Shown: piece after piece, positions 12,409 through 23,195 of the stretch
Layout: each line of letters opens with the position of its first letter
How positions within the stretch are numbered: position 1 is the stretch's first letter
Origin: an uncultured Gammaproteobacteria bacterium
Lineage (GTDB): Bacteria > Patescibacteriota > Patescibacteriia > Patescibacteriales > GWC2-42-12
NCBI GenBank assembly: GCA_964537265.1
Contig: CAZHZE010000004.1
Span: forward strand, 1-62,590
Reading direction: 5' to 3'
DNA: 62,590 nt
Notes under the pieces: generated by a model
What the model saw: the letters and a program-made list of their open reading frames with translations, nothing else
Told to the model about the DNA's origin: nothing
The model's database searches: none
Made by a program: the position numbers and the translations under genes

Positions 12409-12741
12409 TTATTCGTCGGCGCTTTCCAAAAAAATTTTTTTATTAAAACCGCCGCGCTTAATTTTTCTTTCTTGTTTTAATTTATTAATCGCTTCTTTAT
12501 CTAAATTATAATAATCAATAATAGCGTCAATCACTTCGTAAATATCCCCGATTTCTTTTTCCATCTCCGAATTATTGCCTTTAGCTTGTATTAATTCTTC
12601 AGATTCTTCTTCTAATTTTTTAAATAGCTCAACGATAAAATCTTCATCATTTAAAATTTTTATTATTGGCTCTTTATTCTCCGCTTTTATAATTTCCGGA
12701 ATATTATCGCGCACTAATTTATTATATATTATTTTCGCCAT
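12409..12741 (-). CDS. MazG-like/PRA-PH-like nucleoside triphosphate pyrophosphohydrolase
   Basis: YNKLVRDNIPEII, KLEEESEE, EIGDIYEVIDA, KRGGF. Confidence 0.85.
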   Translation of the reverse strand: MAKIIYNKLVRDNIPEIIKAENKEPIIKILNDEDFIVELFKKLEEESEELIQAKGNNSEMEKEIGDIYEVIDAIIDYYNLDKEAINKLKQERKIKRGGFNKKIFLESADE

Positions 12742-14152
12742 AATTTTTTTCTAAATTTATCATACTTATCATAGCAACGAACAACCAAAACATAATGGAT
12801 AAATCATTTTTAAAATATGGCACATCAACAATGCCGTGAATTACTATTGCGACCATAGCGCAAATTAGACCGATATTTATATATTTATAATTAACAATTA
12901 GCTGCCGGCAATTTTTAAACCCAATATAAAAATATTTTAAAATTATCCAGATAAAAAGCAATAAACCGGCTAAACCTAATTCGCTCCAAAAATTTAAAAT
13001 TATATTATGGGGGTATAAATATATTTCTAAAGGCTGCCACATTTTTTTTCTATATTCCGCGCTATTGCGTAAATTTTTTAGCCAATCTGGGTCATCATTT
13101 TTTATAAAAAATCCTTCGGCATGATAAGGCGCAACCGCGGTTTTAAAATTAGCCAAACCAGCGCCAGTTATTAAACGATTATCTTTTAGCATTCCCCAGC
13201 TCTCTTCCCAACCTACCATTCTTATCTGGCCGGAAAAAGTTTTAAAAGTTATTGTATCATAAACTAATTTTTTAGACGGTTGATAAGTTACTATGCCAAC
13301 ACCAATTAATATGCAAAAAATAATCGTTACCCATCTTATTTTTTTATTAACTAATAAACCGAAAACCACTAAGCCAACCGCTAAACCTAATAAAGCGCCT
13401 TTTGATTTAGCAAAATAAATTGATAAAACGGACGTTACAATAACTAAAACGATAAATATTTTTTTAAAAGTTTTGGCATTAAAAATTGTTTGAAAATTAG
13501 AAATTGAAAATTGAAAATTTTTTATTGAACCGACTAACCATCCTGTTAAAACTAAAACAATCGGCCCTAAATATAATCCGACCGCGTTAGGATAACCAAA
13601 AAAAGAAACTACTCGCCGCGTTTCCGGCGCCGCCCAAATTGGATTATAAATCAATTGGCCGGTTATTTTTTGATAAATCGCTAAAAATGAAACGGCTAAA
13701 GCGCTTAAAGCCAATGACCATAAAATTTTCTCGCGGCCTTTATCCCCCTTCATAACATTAACTACCACTATAAAAAACATAACTGATTCAAAAAAATAAG
13801 CTTTAAAAATTCCCAACGAGCTTGAGCTAAAACTAGAAACGCCAACAGCAACAAAAGCCACTAATAACAAAAAAATAAGTTCCCAATCAAACGGATAACG
13901 AATTTTAACTTTTTTGTTTTCTTTTTTAAAATTTTCTAAAAAATTATTTTTAATCAGGCTAAAATTTTTAATTAACCAAACTAAAAATACAATCCAAATC
14001 ATTATTTCTAATAAAGTTGCTGGCACCCCAAAAATATTAAATCTAATCAGATAAGACGGTAAAGCTGCAATTAAAAACATAACCGCCCAATCCAAGCGAC
14101 GCCAGGAAAAAATAAAAAATAAAATAGTAAAAATTAAAATTAAATAAATCAT
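12722..14152 (-). CDS. O-antigen ligase (Wzy_C/WaaL) family membrane protein
   Basis: Multi-TM; R..SFFGYPNAVG, SKGA, R...W, YPHNIIL..WSELG..G. Confidence 0.85.
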   Translation of the reverse strand: MIYLILIFTILFFIFSWRRLDWAVMFLIAALPSYLIRFNIFGVPATLLEIMIWIVFLVWLIKNFSLIKNNFLENFKKENKKVKIRYPFDWELIFLLLVAFVAVGVSSFSSSSLGIFKAYFFESVMFFIVVVNVMKGDKGREKILWSLALSALAVSFLAIYQKITGQLIYNPIWAAPETRRVVSFFGYPNAVGLYLGPIVLVLTGWLVGSIKNFQFSISNFQTIFNAKTFKKIFIVLVIVTSVLSIYFAKSKGALLGLAVGLVVFGLLVNKKIRWVTIIFCILIGVGIVTYQPSKKLVYDTITFKTFSGQIRMVGWEESWGMLKDNRLITGAGLANFKTAVAPYHAEGFFIKNDDPDWLKNLRNSAEYRKKMWQPLEIYLYPHNIILNFWSELGLAGLLLFIWIILKYFYIGFKNCRQLIVNYKYINIGLICAMVAIVIHGIVDVPYFKNDLSIMFWLFVAMISMINLEKNYGENNI

Positions 14153-14161
14153 CTTTTTAAT

Positions 14162-15127
14162 TTACACAATAAACAAATATAACCCCAAGCAAACCATAAT
14201 CGTGCCAATTAATTTTTGTAATAATACTCCGCCGCCCAGCTGTTCATTTAGCATTTTAGGAAATTTAGTTGAGATTAATAAAATTATGACAAATAAAAAT
14301 AAATATTGCACACCTTGTAAAGCGTTAACAATAGCTACGTTACCGATGCTAATAGCATAGTTAATCATAATAAAAGCGCCGGCGGCTAAAAGCCTGATGC
14401 TTAAAAAATAAAACATATTTTTCGGAGTGGCTGAACCTTTTTGCTGTTCAAAAATTAAACGCCGCCAGTCAGGCACAAATAGCATCAATATTACACCAAT
14501 GAACGAACCTAGACGCGACCAAACAAAGCTGCCAACAAAAGGCTGATACATATAAATAAATTTCATTAAAACATAATAAACGGCGAAAAAAACCGCAGAG
14601 GCTATCGAATTAACCAACAAGCGGCTAGTCGGCTGAGCGCCGGCCGGCACATTACCAACAATGTCGCCAATAACCTCTCTTATTCTGGCTATAAGTTTTT
14701 GATAAACATAAACTTTTGTATGTTTAATAGAAATTAAAACGCCGCCGCACAATAAAATAAAAAAAGCCAGCATTTGTTGGCGAGTTAAAGTTTCGCCTAA
14801 AAAAACAAAAGATAAAATAAAACTAAAAATAGGCACAAGCGCGCCCACGATCGGCACTACGCGCGAAGCCTCGCTTTGATGTAAAGCTTTATACCAAAAA
14901 ACTAAGGTAATTAAAAATAAAAAACCGGCCAATAAATCCAAAGTCATCTCCCGCATATTTGGCATCCAGGGCCAGAAAAATAATAAAGAAATATTAAAAA
15001 TACTCCAAATGCCAACATAAAAAGCATAAGCGATTGAAGAGTGAATTTTTTTAGATAATAAAAACTTGTCGGCGACATAAACGCCGGCATTTATGAAGTA
15101 AGCCACGATAGAAACCAAAATATACAT
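14162..15127 (-). CDS. EamA/DMT-family transporter
   Basis: About 10 TM helices in two repeats; ASRVVPI..LVPIFSFILS..FLGE. Confidence 0.75.
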   Translation of the reverse strand: MYILVSIVAYFINAGVYVADKFLLSKKIHSSIAYAFYVGIWSIFNISLLFFWPWMPNMREMTLDLLAGFLFLITLVFWYKALHQSEASRVVPIVGALVPIFSFILSFVFLGETLTRQQMLAFFILLCGGVLISIKHTKVYVYQKLIARIREVIGDIVGNVPAGAQPTSRLLVNSIASAVFFAVYYVLMKFIYMYQPFVGSFVWSRLGSFIGVILMLFVPDWRRLIFEQQKGSATPKNMFYFLSIRLLAAGAFIMINYAISIGNVAIVNALQGVQYLFLFVIILLISTKFPKMLNEQLGGGVLLQKLIGTIMVCLGLYLFIV

Positions 15128-15289
15128 AATATCTTATTTTCTAATAATATTTTAACATCTTTTGCCCATTCTTGCGAGCCGGCTTTATAAGAACAAATTT
15201 AATAATTTTTACCCTTGATTTTTTATGTTTTTTGTTGTAACATCATTTTAAAGATAAATGCAAATTAAAAACTTATAAGGGGGTATAGT

Positions 15290-15817
15290 ATGGCAAAAAA
15301 AATAGCGGTTTACGAGGTTATAAAAAAATTAGCGGGTGCGGCAGGATTTAATTTATTACCGCCGACAGGAGATTATATCAATCTTTTTTCCATAAAAAGA
15401 TTGGATTTAGACAATAAACTTCTATCTTTTTTACGACAACAGGGGTATAAAAAACAAATTCTGAACATCGATGGCAAACCCGTCATCTTCCTGGCGGACG
15501 TAAAACTAAATGACCAATCAGAGCTGATAAAAAAACATGGGTGGGGTTTATGCCAAGCTCAAAAGAAGCCCTTCATAAACATGGGCGTTCATTTTAATAT
15601 CAACAGCGGCGCCAGCATAGTCACAACTTTTCCTCGGGTTCATACTATGCATAGTATGCCCGACTTCGACAAGGCGCATCAAATCTTATTTAGCGCGTTA
15701 GCAGACTACGCCCCGGACGCGCTGGCCGAGCAAACAAAAAATTTATTTCAAAGATACGGATATTTTTCTATGTCTTTTGAAGAACTCGGCATTAAAGGGT
15801 CGGTAATAATACCTTAA
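15290..15817 (+). CDS. hypothetical protein (stand-alone SD-led cassette)
   Basis: 175 aa; AAGGGGG SD, TTGATT-17-TAACAT promoter, downstream hairpin. Confidence 0.7.
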   Translation: MAKKIAVYEVIKKLAGAAGFNLLPPTGDYINLFSIKRLDLDNKLLSFLRQQGYKKQILNIDGKPVIFLADVKLNDQSELIKKHGWGLCQAQKKPFINMGVHFNINSGASIVTTFPRVHTMHSMPDFDKAHQILFSALADYAPDALAEQTKNLFQRYGYFSMSFEELGIKGSVIIP

Positions 15818-15900
15818 AATTTTCAAATTACCACAGGCCAATTCATTTTTATGAATTGGCCATTTTTTATAAAAAAACCCATTCAGAATATGAACGGGCG

Positions 15901-16248
15901 CTACTTTTTATAGCTATATTGATGCTTATAAAACCCCTCCGGCGGAGGTATTACTTCTCTTGCGAAGGCCGACTTTGCACCGCAACCTATACGTTTAACA
16001 TACACTTCGGGCAATGGATATTTTTCACATATTCCTATACGCGTCTTATTCGCACCCGGAATTCCGCACCTTAAATCTAAACAAGGCGAAGAGTTTACAG
16101 CAAAAACTTTTTTAAGATGCACAAACATTTTTTGACAGTCTTTCGCGCAACCTTTAAATGCAAATTTATCTACCTTCCAACAGTTTGCACATGGCGAGGC
16201 ATCTTTATTAATAACCCTTGAACTTATCTCGGCTTTAGGTTTTTTCAC
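15901..16248 (-). CDS. Cys-rich hypothetical protein (GTG start, SD-led)
   Basis: AAGGAGG 8 nt before GTG; 8 Cys including CANC and CAKDC; own terminator at ~15871-15900. Confidence 0.6.
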   Translation of the reverse strand: MKKPKAEISSRVINKDASPCANCWKVDKFAFKGCAKDCQKMFVHLKKVFAVNSSPCLDLRCGIPGANKTRIGICEKYPLPEVYVKRIGCGAKSAFAREVIPPPEGFYKHQYSYKK

Positions 16249-16286
16249 TCCTTATTCCTCCTTTTTTATATTTAATTTTTTTATTT

Positions 16287-17390
16287 TTATAAATCTAACA
16301 ATACGGCCGCAATCCAGGGAAAAGCTACGGTAACGTCGCTTTGAATTATTTGGTAATAGCTATTAGTAGATAATTTATCCCAAGTTATTTTTTCTTTACC
16401 GCCAGCGCCGGAATATGAACCGTAAGACATTGGCGATGAACCAATTTCAACAAAACCGGCCCAATCTCTAATTTTGTTATGGAATCTTAAATCATGTTTT
16501 AGCGAAGGCACGACGCAAATCGGAAAATCAGCCGAGATGCCGCCGCCTAATTGCAAAAAGGCAATCGGCGCGTTTTTAGATTCTTTCATATACCAATCAT
16601 ACATAAAATGAAAATATTCTAAACCGGTTTTCATAACTTTAGCATCAATGACCATATCGCCTTTTTTCTTATGAGCGCCTTTATAAGTATAACTGGAAAA
16701 AATATTTCCCATAGTAGAATCTTCAAAGCCAGGAATAACAATCGGAATATTTTTTTTATAAGCCGCGTAAGTCCAGCAGTCGGCCGGATTAGATTGCTTG
16801 TCTGGTGAAATTAAATTTTTAGAAAATAATCGGCGAAAATATTCATGCGGAAAATAACTTTCGCCTTTTTTCTCAGCGTCTTTCCACATTTTTACCAAAT
16901 GCGGCTCCATAATACGCACACTCTCATCTTCCGGCAAAAAGGTATCGGTAATGCGGCGCAACCCGGCATCGCGTAATTCAGCTTCCTGCTCCGGAGTTAA
17001 CTCGGTATAGCGCGGAATATAAGCATAATGCGAATGCGCAACATAGCGGTAATATGATTCTTCATGATTAGCACCAGTAGCAGAAATCAAATGCACTTTA
17101 TTTTTTCTAATTAATTCAGCGAGCATCACTCCGACCTGAAAAGAGCTTAAAGCTCCGGCTAAGGTAACTACTAATTTACCGCCGTGTTTTAAATGATTTT
17201 TTAACCATAAAGCCGCCTGCTCGGTTGAGCCGCCATTACAATGGTTTAAAGTCGCGGACGCGAAAGCTGAAACCGGAGCTTTGGATTTTTTTACATAAGC
17301 GCTTAATTCGCCCATTTTAGATTTATTGCCTTCGGGTATAATTAATTTTTTTAATCCAGGGGAGAGTTTATTAATAGTAGTTTTTTTCAT
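16287..17390 (-). CDS. deoxyhypusine synthase-like protein
   Basis: TLAGALS, LISATGANHEE, PGFEDS.MG, QLGGGI..DFPICVVP, YGSYSGA..EKITWDK with conserved active-site Lys. Confidence 0.85.
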   Translation of the reverse strand: MKKTTINKLSPGLKKLIIPEGNKSKMGELSAYVKKSKAPVSAFASATLNHCNGGSTEQAALWLKNHLKHGGKLVVTLAGALSSFQVGVMLAELIRKNKVHLISATGANHEESYYRYVAHSHYAYIPRYTELTPEQEAELRDAGLRRITDTFLPEDESVRIMEPHLVKMWKDAEKKGESYFPHEYFRRLFSKNLISPDKQSNPADCWTYAAYKKNIPIVIPGFEDSTMGNIFSSYTYKGAHKKKGDMVIDAKVMKTGLEYFHFMYDWYMKESKNAPIAFLQLGGGISADFPICVVPSLKHDLRFHNKIRDWAGFVEIGSSPMSYGSYSGAGGKEKITWDKLSTNSYYQIIQSDVTVAFPWIAAVLLDL

Positions 17391-17394
17391 ATTA

Positions 17395-18246
17395 TTATTT
17401 TATAAATTTATAACTTAACAACTTATAAACTAATTTAGCGACCAAAAAATCCGATGATTTTTCATTTTTATTTGGCGCTAATTCAACAACATCAAAACCT
17501 ACAACATTTTTTTTCTTAATTACCTTTTTTAAAAAATCTAAAACCTGATACCAACCTAACCCGCCTGGCTCAGGCGTGCCGGTCGAAGGTAAAATCGATG
17601 GGTCAAAAACGTCTAAATCAATAGTAATATAAACTTGATCGGTTAACTTAGAAATGGCTTTATCCATCCAATCGGTTTTATTGTAAATATTTTCGGCAAA
17701 AAATACTCGGTCTTTTTTTATAAATGGCTTTTCAATAATATCCATGCTTCTTATACCAACCTGCACAATCGGGCATAATTCGCGGACGCGCGACATCACG
17801 CAGGCATGATTATATTTTGAACCATGGTACTCGGGACGTAAATCAGAATGCGCGTCTAATTGCAAAACTGATAAATTTTTAAATTTTTTAGCATAAGCAT
17901 TAATAACGCCGGCGGACACCGAATGTTCGCCGCCTAACGTCACGACAAATTTTCCCTTTTTTAAAAATTCAGCAGCGGCAGTTTCAACTTTTTTAACCAT
18001 TTTTTCCGGCGCGCCTTTTTCCGTTACCGGCTTGGCTGTAAAAATATTTTTTTTATAAACTTCCGAAGCGGTTTCAATATCATATAATTCCATATTGGCC
18101 GAAGCTTCCAGTATTGCTCCCGGGCCCTTGTCCGCGCCTTTACCCCAGGTCGAAGTACCATCATAAGGCACGGGCAAAATAACCGCCTTGGCGGTTTTTA
18201 AAGTTGAATATTGTTTCGGCAAGTCACAAAAATTTGTTTTATACAT
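17395..18246 (-). CDS. speB: agmatinase (ureohydrolase family)
   Basis: PYDGTSTWGKG, GGEHSVS, DAHSDLR, DLDVFDPS..TGTPEPGG. Confidence 0.9.
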   Translation of the reverse strand: MYKTNFCDLPKQYSTLKTAKAVILPVPYDGTSTWGKGADKGPGAILEASANMELYDIETASEVYKKNIFTAKPVTEKGAPEKMVKKVETAAAEFLKKGKFVVTLGGEHSVSAGVINAYAKKFKNLSVLQLDAHSDLRPEYHGSKYNHACVMSRVRELCPIVQVGIRSMDIIEKPFIKKDRVFFAENIYNKTDWMDKAISKLTDQVYITIDLDVFDPSILPSTGTPEPGGLGWYQVLDFLKKVIKKKNVVGFDVVELAPNKNEKSSDFLVAKLVYKLLSYKFIK

Positions 18247-18284
18247 ATTTATATATCTTGAATTAACTAAATATTTTTAAATAA

Positions 18285-18435
18285 CCCGGGGGTTTGGGGT
18301 GACGAATAAGCGCCATTGCTTACAGTAATAAGGTAAATCAATATGATAGCGCATTGAGGCACCCCAAGACTTTTTGCTTACTTTTTAGTCATAAAAAGTA
18401 AGGCCCGCGGCAGCGTTACTGTGGCGTATGACACA
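18285..18435. repeat. GC-enriched multi-hairpin element (MITE-like or leader RNA)
   Basis: ttggggtg/caccccaa long stem plus cttacttttt/aaaaagtaag hairpin in an otherwise AT-rich spacer. Confidence 0.45.
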
Positions 18436-18496
18436 CAACAATTATAAATCATTTAATAACTATTTTATAAAAATATGTCTAGTGATTTTAATTTTA

Positions 18497-18522
18497 GATT
18501 CCGGCTCGAAGGCCGGAATGAC
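18497..18522. repeat. REP/dRS3-like palindromic unit
   Basis: GATTCCGGC-tcgaag-GCCGGAATGAC. Confidence 0.55.
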
Positions 18523-18530
18523 AAGCTTTT

Positions 18531-19745
18531 TTAATCTACCTCAACCTGATTATTTTTGCAAATTTCACTATAAATTTTAACGCTTGATTGCGGTGTGCGT
18601 TTGAAAGTCTGACGATCTACTTTATATAATCCAAACTTTTGCGTAAAGCCATCCGCCCATTCAAAATTATCAAGTAGCGACCAGTGAGAATAACCTCTAA
18701 CATCAACGCCTTCGGAAATTGCTATATAAACATTTTTTAAAGACTCTTTAATAAACCAAGCGCGATATTTATCCTGACCATCGGAGACGCCATGCTCGGT
18801 TATGTAAATCGGCTTATAATATTTTTTTAAATCTAATAAAACATGATAAATACTTTTAGGATAAATCTCCCAGCCAAAATCGGATACGATTTTATTTTCA
18901 TTTTTATTAAACCCATAATTTATAACATTCCTGCGATAATGATTCAAACCGATAAAATCCTGATAATTTTTTATTTGATTTAAAAAATAAAAATTCCACC
19001 ACCAATCAGCCAACTTTTTTAAAATAACATTTATAAATTTTTCTTCGTAAGCTTCAAAATAAATATTATGTTTAGATATTCCTACTTGCGCGCGCGGCGA
19101 AATGGCTTTAATTTTTTTATAAGCTAATTTATGTACTTTAATTAAACGCTTAAGCACTCTTAAATAAATTAACGGGCTTTTTCTATTAGGTGGAAACTTT
19201 CCGGTTAAATAAGAATAGCCGCTATAAATATCCGGCTCGTTTAAAGTCGTCCAAAAAATTACCTCACTTTTAAACTCATTAACAATTTTTTCAACATAAC
19301 GAAAAAAATATTTTTCGACTTTCCGAGAATTCCAGCCGCCAAAATCTCTTACCCAAATCGGCACGGGATAATGCCAAAGAGTAACGAAAGGTTCAATATT
19401 ATTAGCTTTTAACTTTCTAATAATATTTCTATAATAATCAATCGCTTGATCATTAAATTTTCCGTTAGCCGGCTCAACTCGCGACCAGTCAATAGAAAAT
19501 CGATAAGATGTTACGCCTAATTCTTTTAAACATTTTAAATCTTCGTCAAATATTTCAAAAGAGTTGCAGGCTTTACCTGAAATATAATCATCTGGATTTT
19601 TTTCGCTAACTTTTAATTGCTTAATTCTTGCTTCGGATTTTTCCCACTGACTCCAATCATTATTAAGACCGCCTTCAACTTGATGAGCAGAAGTGGCCAC
19701 GCCCCAAAAAAAACCAACTGGAAATTTTAAAATTTTATTTGGCAT
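18531..19745 (-). CDS. glycoside hydrolase family 1 (beta-glucosidase-like)
   Basis: FFWGVATSAHQVEG, YRFSIDWSR, TLNEP acid/base, ITEHG nucleophile, DNFEW. Confidence 0.92.
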   Translation of the reverse strand: MPNKILKFPVGFFWGVATSAHQVEGGLNNDWSQWEKSEARIKQLKVSEKNPDDYISGKACNSFEIFDEDLKCLKELGVTSYRFSIDWSRVEPANGKFNDQAIDYYRNIIRKLKANNIEPFVTLWHYPVPIWVRDFGGWNSRKVEKYFFRYVEKIVNEFKSEVIFWTTLNEPDIYSGYSYLTGKFPPNRKSPLIYLRVLKRLIKVHKLAYKKIKAISPRAQVGISKHNIYFEAYEEKFINVILKKLADWWWNFYFLNQIKNYQDFIGLNHYRRNVINYGFNKNENKIVSDFGWEIYPKSIYHVLLDLKKYYKPIYITEHGVSDGQDKYRAWFIKESLKNVYIAISEGVDVRGYSHWSLLDNFEWADGFTQKFGLYKVDRQTFKRTPQSSVKIYSEICKNNQVEVD

Positions 19746-19850
19746 ATAGTTTATTATAACATTTTTATCTTTTAGGCGAAAACTGCTGTAATTTAATTGA
19801 CTTTTCGCTAAAATTATTATAAAGTTAAAAAATCAAAATAAATAAAAATC

Positions 19851-21818
19851 ATGAATATAACCGAGTTGGCCAGAATTTTAAAAGTTCCTACCCAAGAGCT
19901 GCGCGATAAATTGCCGCTCATGGGTTTTGATATTGGACAAAAAGCCATTAAAGTTGATAATAAAATTGCTCAGCGCATTCTTAAGGAATGGGCGATTTTA
20001 AATAGACAACTGGAAGCAAAAATGCAAGCTGAAAAAAAATCTGCAACTTCAGAATCTATAATCAACCAAGAAAAAAAAGAAATAAAAATTCCTCCGTTTA
20101 TAACTGTGCGCGATTTTTCTGCAGTCACTAACGTTCCGGTTAATAAAATTTTGGCTGAATTAATGAAAAATAGCATCTTTAGTTCGCTTAATGAAAAAAT
20201 TGATTTTGACACCGCGGCTATTATCGGCGCTGATTTAGGATTAAATATAATTCCAGCCGAAGAACTAGAAAATCAAATTGAAAACGAAGCTAATGTTTTA
20301 AAACAAGTTTTAGGACAAGAAAAACAAGATAACTTAACTTCCCGCCCTCCTATTATTGTAGTCATGGGCCATGTTGACCATGGCAAAACAAAACTATTAG
20401 ACGCTATCAGACAAACCGATGTCGTGGCTGGTGAGGCCGGCGGCATTACTCAGCATATCGGCGCTTACCAGATCGTGCATAAAAATAAACCTATCACTTT
20501 TATAGATACTCCAGGCCATGAAGCTTTTACGGCCATGAGAAATCGCGGCGCGCGCATTGCCGATATTGCTATTTTAGTTGTAGCGGCTGATGATGGCGTA
20601 AAGCCTCAAACCGTTGAAGCTTTCCGCATTATTGAAGCGGCCAAAATTCCTTTTATCGTTGCCATTAATAAAATTGATAAACCAGAAGCTAATATTGATA
20701 TGGCTAAAAGAGAGTTGGGCGAACAATTAAATATTATCCCTGAAGATTGGGGCGGAAAAACTCTCTGTCTGCCGATTTCCGCTAAAAATAAATTGGGTAT
20801 TGACGAACTTTTAGACATGCTACTTTTAACTGCTGATATGGAAGCAAAAAATATTATAGCCAATCCGAACGCCAGCGCCTCAGGTACAATTATTGAATCG
20901 CATATTGATCGCGGACAAGGTCCGGTAGCAACAGTTCTAATCCAAAATGGAACTTTAAAAGTTGGCGATCCCATGATTTTTAACGGATTATTCTACGGTA
21001 AAGTAAGAGCCTTAAAAGATCATAATGGTAAAGATATTAAATTAGCTCTGCCTTCTACTCCGGCAAAAATTATCGGTTTAAAAATGGCGCCAGTCATTGG
21101 CGATATCATGCAAATCGGGCAAGGCGAAAAAATAAAAGCCAGTAAAATTTTCTCGCGTGCGGCCGAACCAGCAAAACAGCAAGAGGAAAAGAAAGCCGCG
21201 GTTGATGTAAAAAATATTAATTTAATTATTAAAAGTGATGTTTTAGGTTCTGGCGAAGCTATCGAAGGATCGCTCGCGAAAATCGACCAGGAAGAAGTTA
21301 AAATAAATATTATCGCTAAAGGCTTAGGCAATATCACCGAAGGAGATATTGCACGAGCCGAAGGCAGCCAAGCAAAAATTTTAGGCTTTAATGTACAAAT
21401 AACTCCACAAGCTCAAAAATTAGCCAGAGAAAAAAACGTTGAAGTTAAAAGTTATAAAGTAATTTACGAATTAATTAACGACCTAAAAACCGAAGTTGAT
21501 AGTTTAATAGAAGCAAAAATGGTTAGAGTAGATTTAGGACGCATGAAAGTATTAGCAATTTTTAGAACTGAAAAATCTAGCCAAATTGTCGGGGGCAGAA
21601 TAATAGACGGAAAAGCTGAAGCTAATTCTTTAATTGAAATTATCCGCGATAAACAAATTTTAGCCGAAGGCAAATTGGCAAAACTGCAAATGGCCAAACA
21701 AGACGTAAGCGTAGTCGAAGCCAACCAGGAATGCGGCATTAATTTTGAAGGTAAGCCGGTTATTCAAGTTGACGATATATTGCAATTTTATAAAATGGAA
21801 AAAGAAAAAAAGAATTAA
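19851..21818 (+). CDS. infB: translation initiation factor IF-2
   Basis: [34 protein letters not shown]. Confidence 0.97.
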   Translation: MNITELARILKVPTQELRDKLPLMGFDIGQKAIKVDNKIAQRILKEWAILNRQLEAKMQAEKKSATSESIINQEKKEIKIPPFITVRDFSAVTNVPVNKILAELMKNSIFSSLNEKIDFDTAAIIGADLGLNIIPAEELENQIENEANVLKQVLGQEKQDNLTSRPPIIVVMGHVDHGKTKLLDAIRQTDVVAGEAGGITQHIGAYQIVHKNKPITFIDTPGHEAFTAMRNRGARIADIAILVVAADDGVKPQTVEAFRIIEAAKIPFIVAINKIDKPEANIDMAKRELGEQLNIIPEDWGGKTLCLPISAKNKLGIDELLDMLLLTADMEAKNIIANPNASASGTIIESHIDRGQGPVATVLIQNGTLKVGDPMIFNGLFYGKVRALKDHNGKDIKLALPSTPAKIIGLKMAPVIGDIMQIGQGEKIKASKIFSRAAEPAKQQEEKKAAVDVKNINLIIKSDVLGSGEAIEGSLAKIDQEEVKINIIAKGLGNITEGDIARAEGSQAKILGFNVQITPQAQKLAREKNVEVKSYKVIYELINDLKTEVDSLIEAKMVRVDLGRMKVLAIFRTEKSSQIVGGRIIDGKAEANSLIEIIRDKQILAEGKLAKLQMAKQDVSVVEANQECGINFEGKPVIQVDDILQFYKMEKEKKN

Positions 21819-21904
21819 ATAGTAAAAAGTTTATAAAGTCGAAAGTCATAAAGAATAAAAAATAAAAATATTAACTTTAAAACTTTCAACTTTTGACTAA
21901 TTTT

Positions 21905-22237
21905 ATGCCTCGCCGAATAGAACAACTAAATGAACAATTAAAAGAAGAGATAGCTAATCTAATAGTAAAAGAAGTACCTTTAAACAACGGCTTAATAACC
22001 GTTTGTTTTGTTAATTGCTCGCCGGACTTAAAATATGCTAAAATCGCTATCTCGGTTTTACCGGATAAATTTGGACCGTCAACTTTAAAAAAACTGCAAA
22101 AATTTTCCAGCGTTTTTAGCAATGCCTTAAGGCATAAATTAAAAATCAGGCAAATTCCTAGATTTCATTGGGTATTAGATACAACCGAAAGTAAAGCGAC
22201 GGAAATAGAAGAAGTGATTAAGGATCCTAATTTCTAA
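21905..22237 (+). CDS. rbfA: ribosome-binding factor A
   Basis: RIEQLNEQLKEEIA, SPDLKYAKI, RQIPRFHW.LD; follows infB. Confidence 0.9.
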   Translation: MPRRIEQLNEQLKEEIANLIVKEVPLNNGLITVCFVNCSPDLKYAKIAISVLPDKFGPSTLKKLQKFSSVFSNALRHKLKIRQIPRFHWVLDTTESKATEIEEVIKDPNF

Positions 22238-22241
22238 TTTT

Positions 22242-23195
22242 ATGAATAATTCCCTTTTTACTAAAGCCTACAACTTAATTACACAAGCTAATAATATACT
22301 GGTCGTTACCCATGAACAGCCAGACGGCGACGCTTTAGCTTCAGTATGCTTAATGGCCGAGGTTCTAAAGCTGGCAGAAAAAAAATATAAACTCTATTGT
22401 CATAATCAAGTCAACCATCAATACGCTTTTTTACCACATTTAGACGAATTAAAAAACTCTTATGAAAAATTTGATTTTGATTTAATTGTTGCTCTAGACT
22501 GCGGCAGTATTGCGCGCACGAAATTAGAAAAAGAAATTTTAAAACGCAATAAAAATCAATTAGTAATCGAAATTGATCATCATCCAAAAATAAAAGATTA
22601 TGCCGATCTGGAAATACGCGATTCGGCCGCGGCCGCCACTACGGAAATATTATATTATTTTCTTAAAGCCAATAAAATAAAAATCAATAAAGATTTAGCT
22701 AGTTGTATTTTAACCGGTATTTTAACCGACACGGGTAATTTTCTTTATCCTTCAACCTCTCCGGAAACGGTTAACATCGCTTCTGAAATGTTAATTAGAG
22801 GAGCAAAACTTCCGCAAATTATGGAAAATACCTGGCGCAATAAATCAATCGCTTCTATGAAAACTTGGGGCAAAGCCATGTCCGAATTAAAAATAAATAA
22901 AAAATATAATTTTGGTTTTACGGTTTTAAAAAGCGAGGATGTACCGGCCGAAGTAACCGAAGAAGAACTAGAGGGCATGTCTGGATTTTTAAGTAACTTA
23001 AGTTCGGTTAACGGAGTAATGCTACTTCGCCAAATGCCTGATGGAAAAATAAAAGGCAGTTTGCGCACCTCCAATCCTAAAGTTGATGTTTCTAAATTAG
23101 CGCGAATTTTAGGCGGCGGCGGACATGCTAAAGCCGCCGGCTTCTCGGTTGAAGGAAAATTAGAAAAAACAAAAGAAGGGTGGAAAATTGTTTAA
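22242..23195 (+). CDS. nrnA: DHH/DHHA1 phosphoesterase (NrnA-like)
   Basis: THEQPDGDA, LDC, IDHH, TDTGNF, GGGGHAKAAG. Confidence 0.88.
   Translation: MNNSLFTKAYNLITQANNILVVTHEQPDGDALASVCLMAEVLKLAEKKYKLYCHNQVNHQYAFLPHLDELKNSYEKFDFDLIVALDCGSIARTKLEKEILKRNKNQLVIEIDHHPKIKDYADLEIRDSAAAATTEILYYFLKANKIKINKDLASCILTGILTDTGNFLYPSTSPETVNIASEMLIRGAKLPQIMENTWRNKSIASMKTWGKAMSELKINKKYNFGFTVLKSEDVPAEVTEEELEGMSGFLSNLSSVNGVMLLRQMPDGKIKGSLRTSNPKVDVSKLARILGGGGHAKAAGFSVEGKLEKTKEGWKIV

Noticed and set aside
12409-12741. MazG-like gene as an antiphage or abortive-infection module
   Set aside because: No partner defence gene nearby; it sits in an ordinary membrane-protein operon
18285-18435. Guanidine (ykkC-type) riboswitch upstream of agmatinase
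   Set aside because: Conserved guanidine-I/II/III core motifs are not present; retained only as an unclassified structured element
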